Shown here piece by piece: positions 63,599 through 64,000 of a stretch of 64,000 bases of DNA. Source of the DNA: Tricharina praecox. Lineage: Eukaryota. The position numbers and the translations under genes are program-made. Numbering within the stretch: the stretch's first letter is position 1; the number at the start of each line of letters is the position of its first letter. Below the pieces are notes generated by a model that saw only the letters and a list, made by a program, of their open reading frames with translations, did not search any database and was not told where the DNA came from. Location of the stretch: contig NW_026250408.1 of the NCBI RefSeq assembly GCF_024521635.1, positions 1,054,001 to 1,118,000 of the forward strand, in the 5' to 3' direction.

Positions 63599-64000
63599 AT
63601 GTCTGAAAACCAGTTACCCCCCCCACCCCAACCAACCCAAACCCCTCCACCCGCAACGACACCTCCACCGCCGCAACAGTTTCCTGCCCTCTCCTCCGCC
63701 GCCGACAACCAACTTCACCAGGAATCCCTCTCCTCTCCAACACCACCATTGCAGCAGCCACCACACTCACAACCACAGTCCCCTCCAACAAACGGGTTCG
63801 AAAGCCGACAGCCACTCTCCCCAGTCTCCCCCCACCCAGTACACGTCGCTGAACCCGCGGTTCTAAAGAACCAGATGGAACTCGCTTTTAACTTCACTGA
63901 TGCTCATCCCCCCCAACCGTTCGCGACTCCCAACGACAATTCTGCCGTGAGCCCGGTGTCAAACTCCCTAGAGTCGTTGATGCTTCAGCACCAGCAACAG
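63599..64000 (+). CDS. 5' part of a Pro/Gln-rich protein, truncated by the window end; product unidentifiable
   Basis: ATG 63599 opens 134 stop-free codons (MSENQLPPPPQPTQTPPP...LESLMLQHQQQ) running to the edge, preceded by a long C/T-rich leader. Confidence 0.6.
   Translation, partial: MSENQLPPPPQPTQTPPPATTPPPPQQFPALSSAADNQLHQESLSSPTPPLQQPPHSQPQSPPTNGFESRQPLSPVSPHPVHVAEPAVLKNQMELAFNFTDAHPPQPFATPNDNSAVSPVSNSLESLMLQHQQQ

Overview
Eukaryotic, intron-containing DNA from a filamentous ascomycete (short GT-AG introns with CTRAY branch points, microsatellite-rich intergenic DNA); most entries in the ORF track are exon fragments or antisense shadows. I assembled by hand 16 complete gene models plus one partial: SMC4 condensin subunit, SPX-RING E3 ligase, STL1-like sugar porter, a secreted Kex2-site modular protein, a ustT/atnC-like MFS transporter, tandem-domain dihydroneopterin aldolase, an F-box protein and a divergent F-box/ankyrin protein, Ace2/Swi5-type C2H2 factor, ubiquitin-S27a (RPS31), a secreted protein with GQNQA repeats, AUR1, a CCM1-like PPR protein, CWH43, UTP6, Pth4/ICT1-like GGQ factor, and the 5' end of a Pro/Gln-rich gene at the right edge. 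The most interesting observations are: (i) a four-module secreted polyprotein cut by L-x-KR sites with a repeated S-x-x-x-x-NG-x-P-[VI] motif, lying next to a ustT-like transporter; (ii) ~500-bp degenerate inverted repeats bracketing a ~12-kb AUR1 segment; (iii) a ~630-bp degenerate non-coding direct repeat pair; (iv) a 303-codon frame separated from the last gene by one in-frame TAG; (v) a hairpin-forming long intron in AUR1. All family calls come from recalled motifs, not from database searches, and splice boundaries are hand-predicted.
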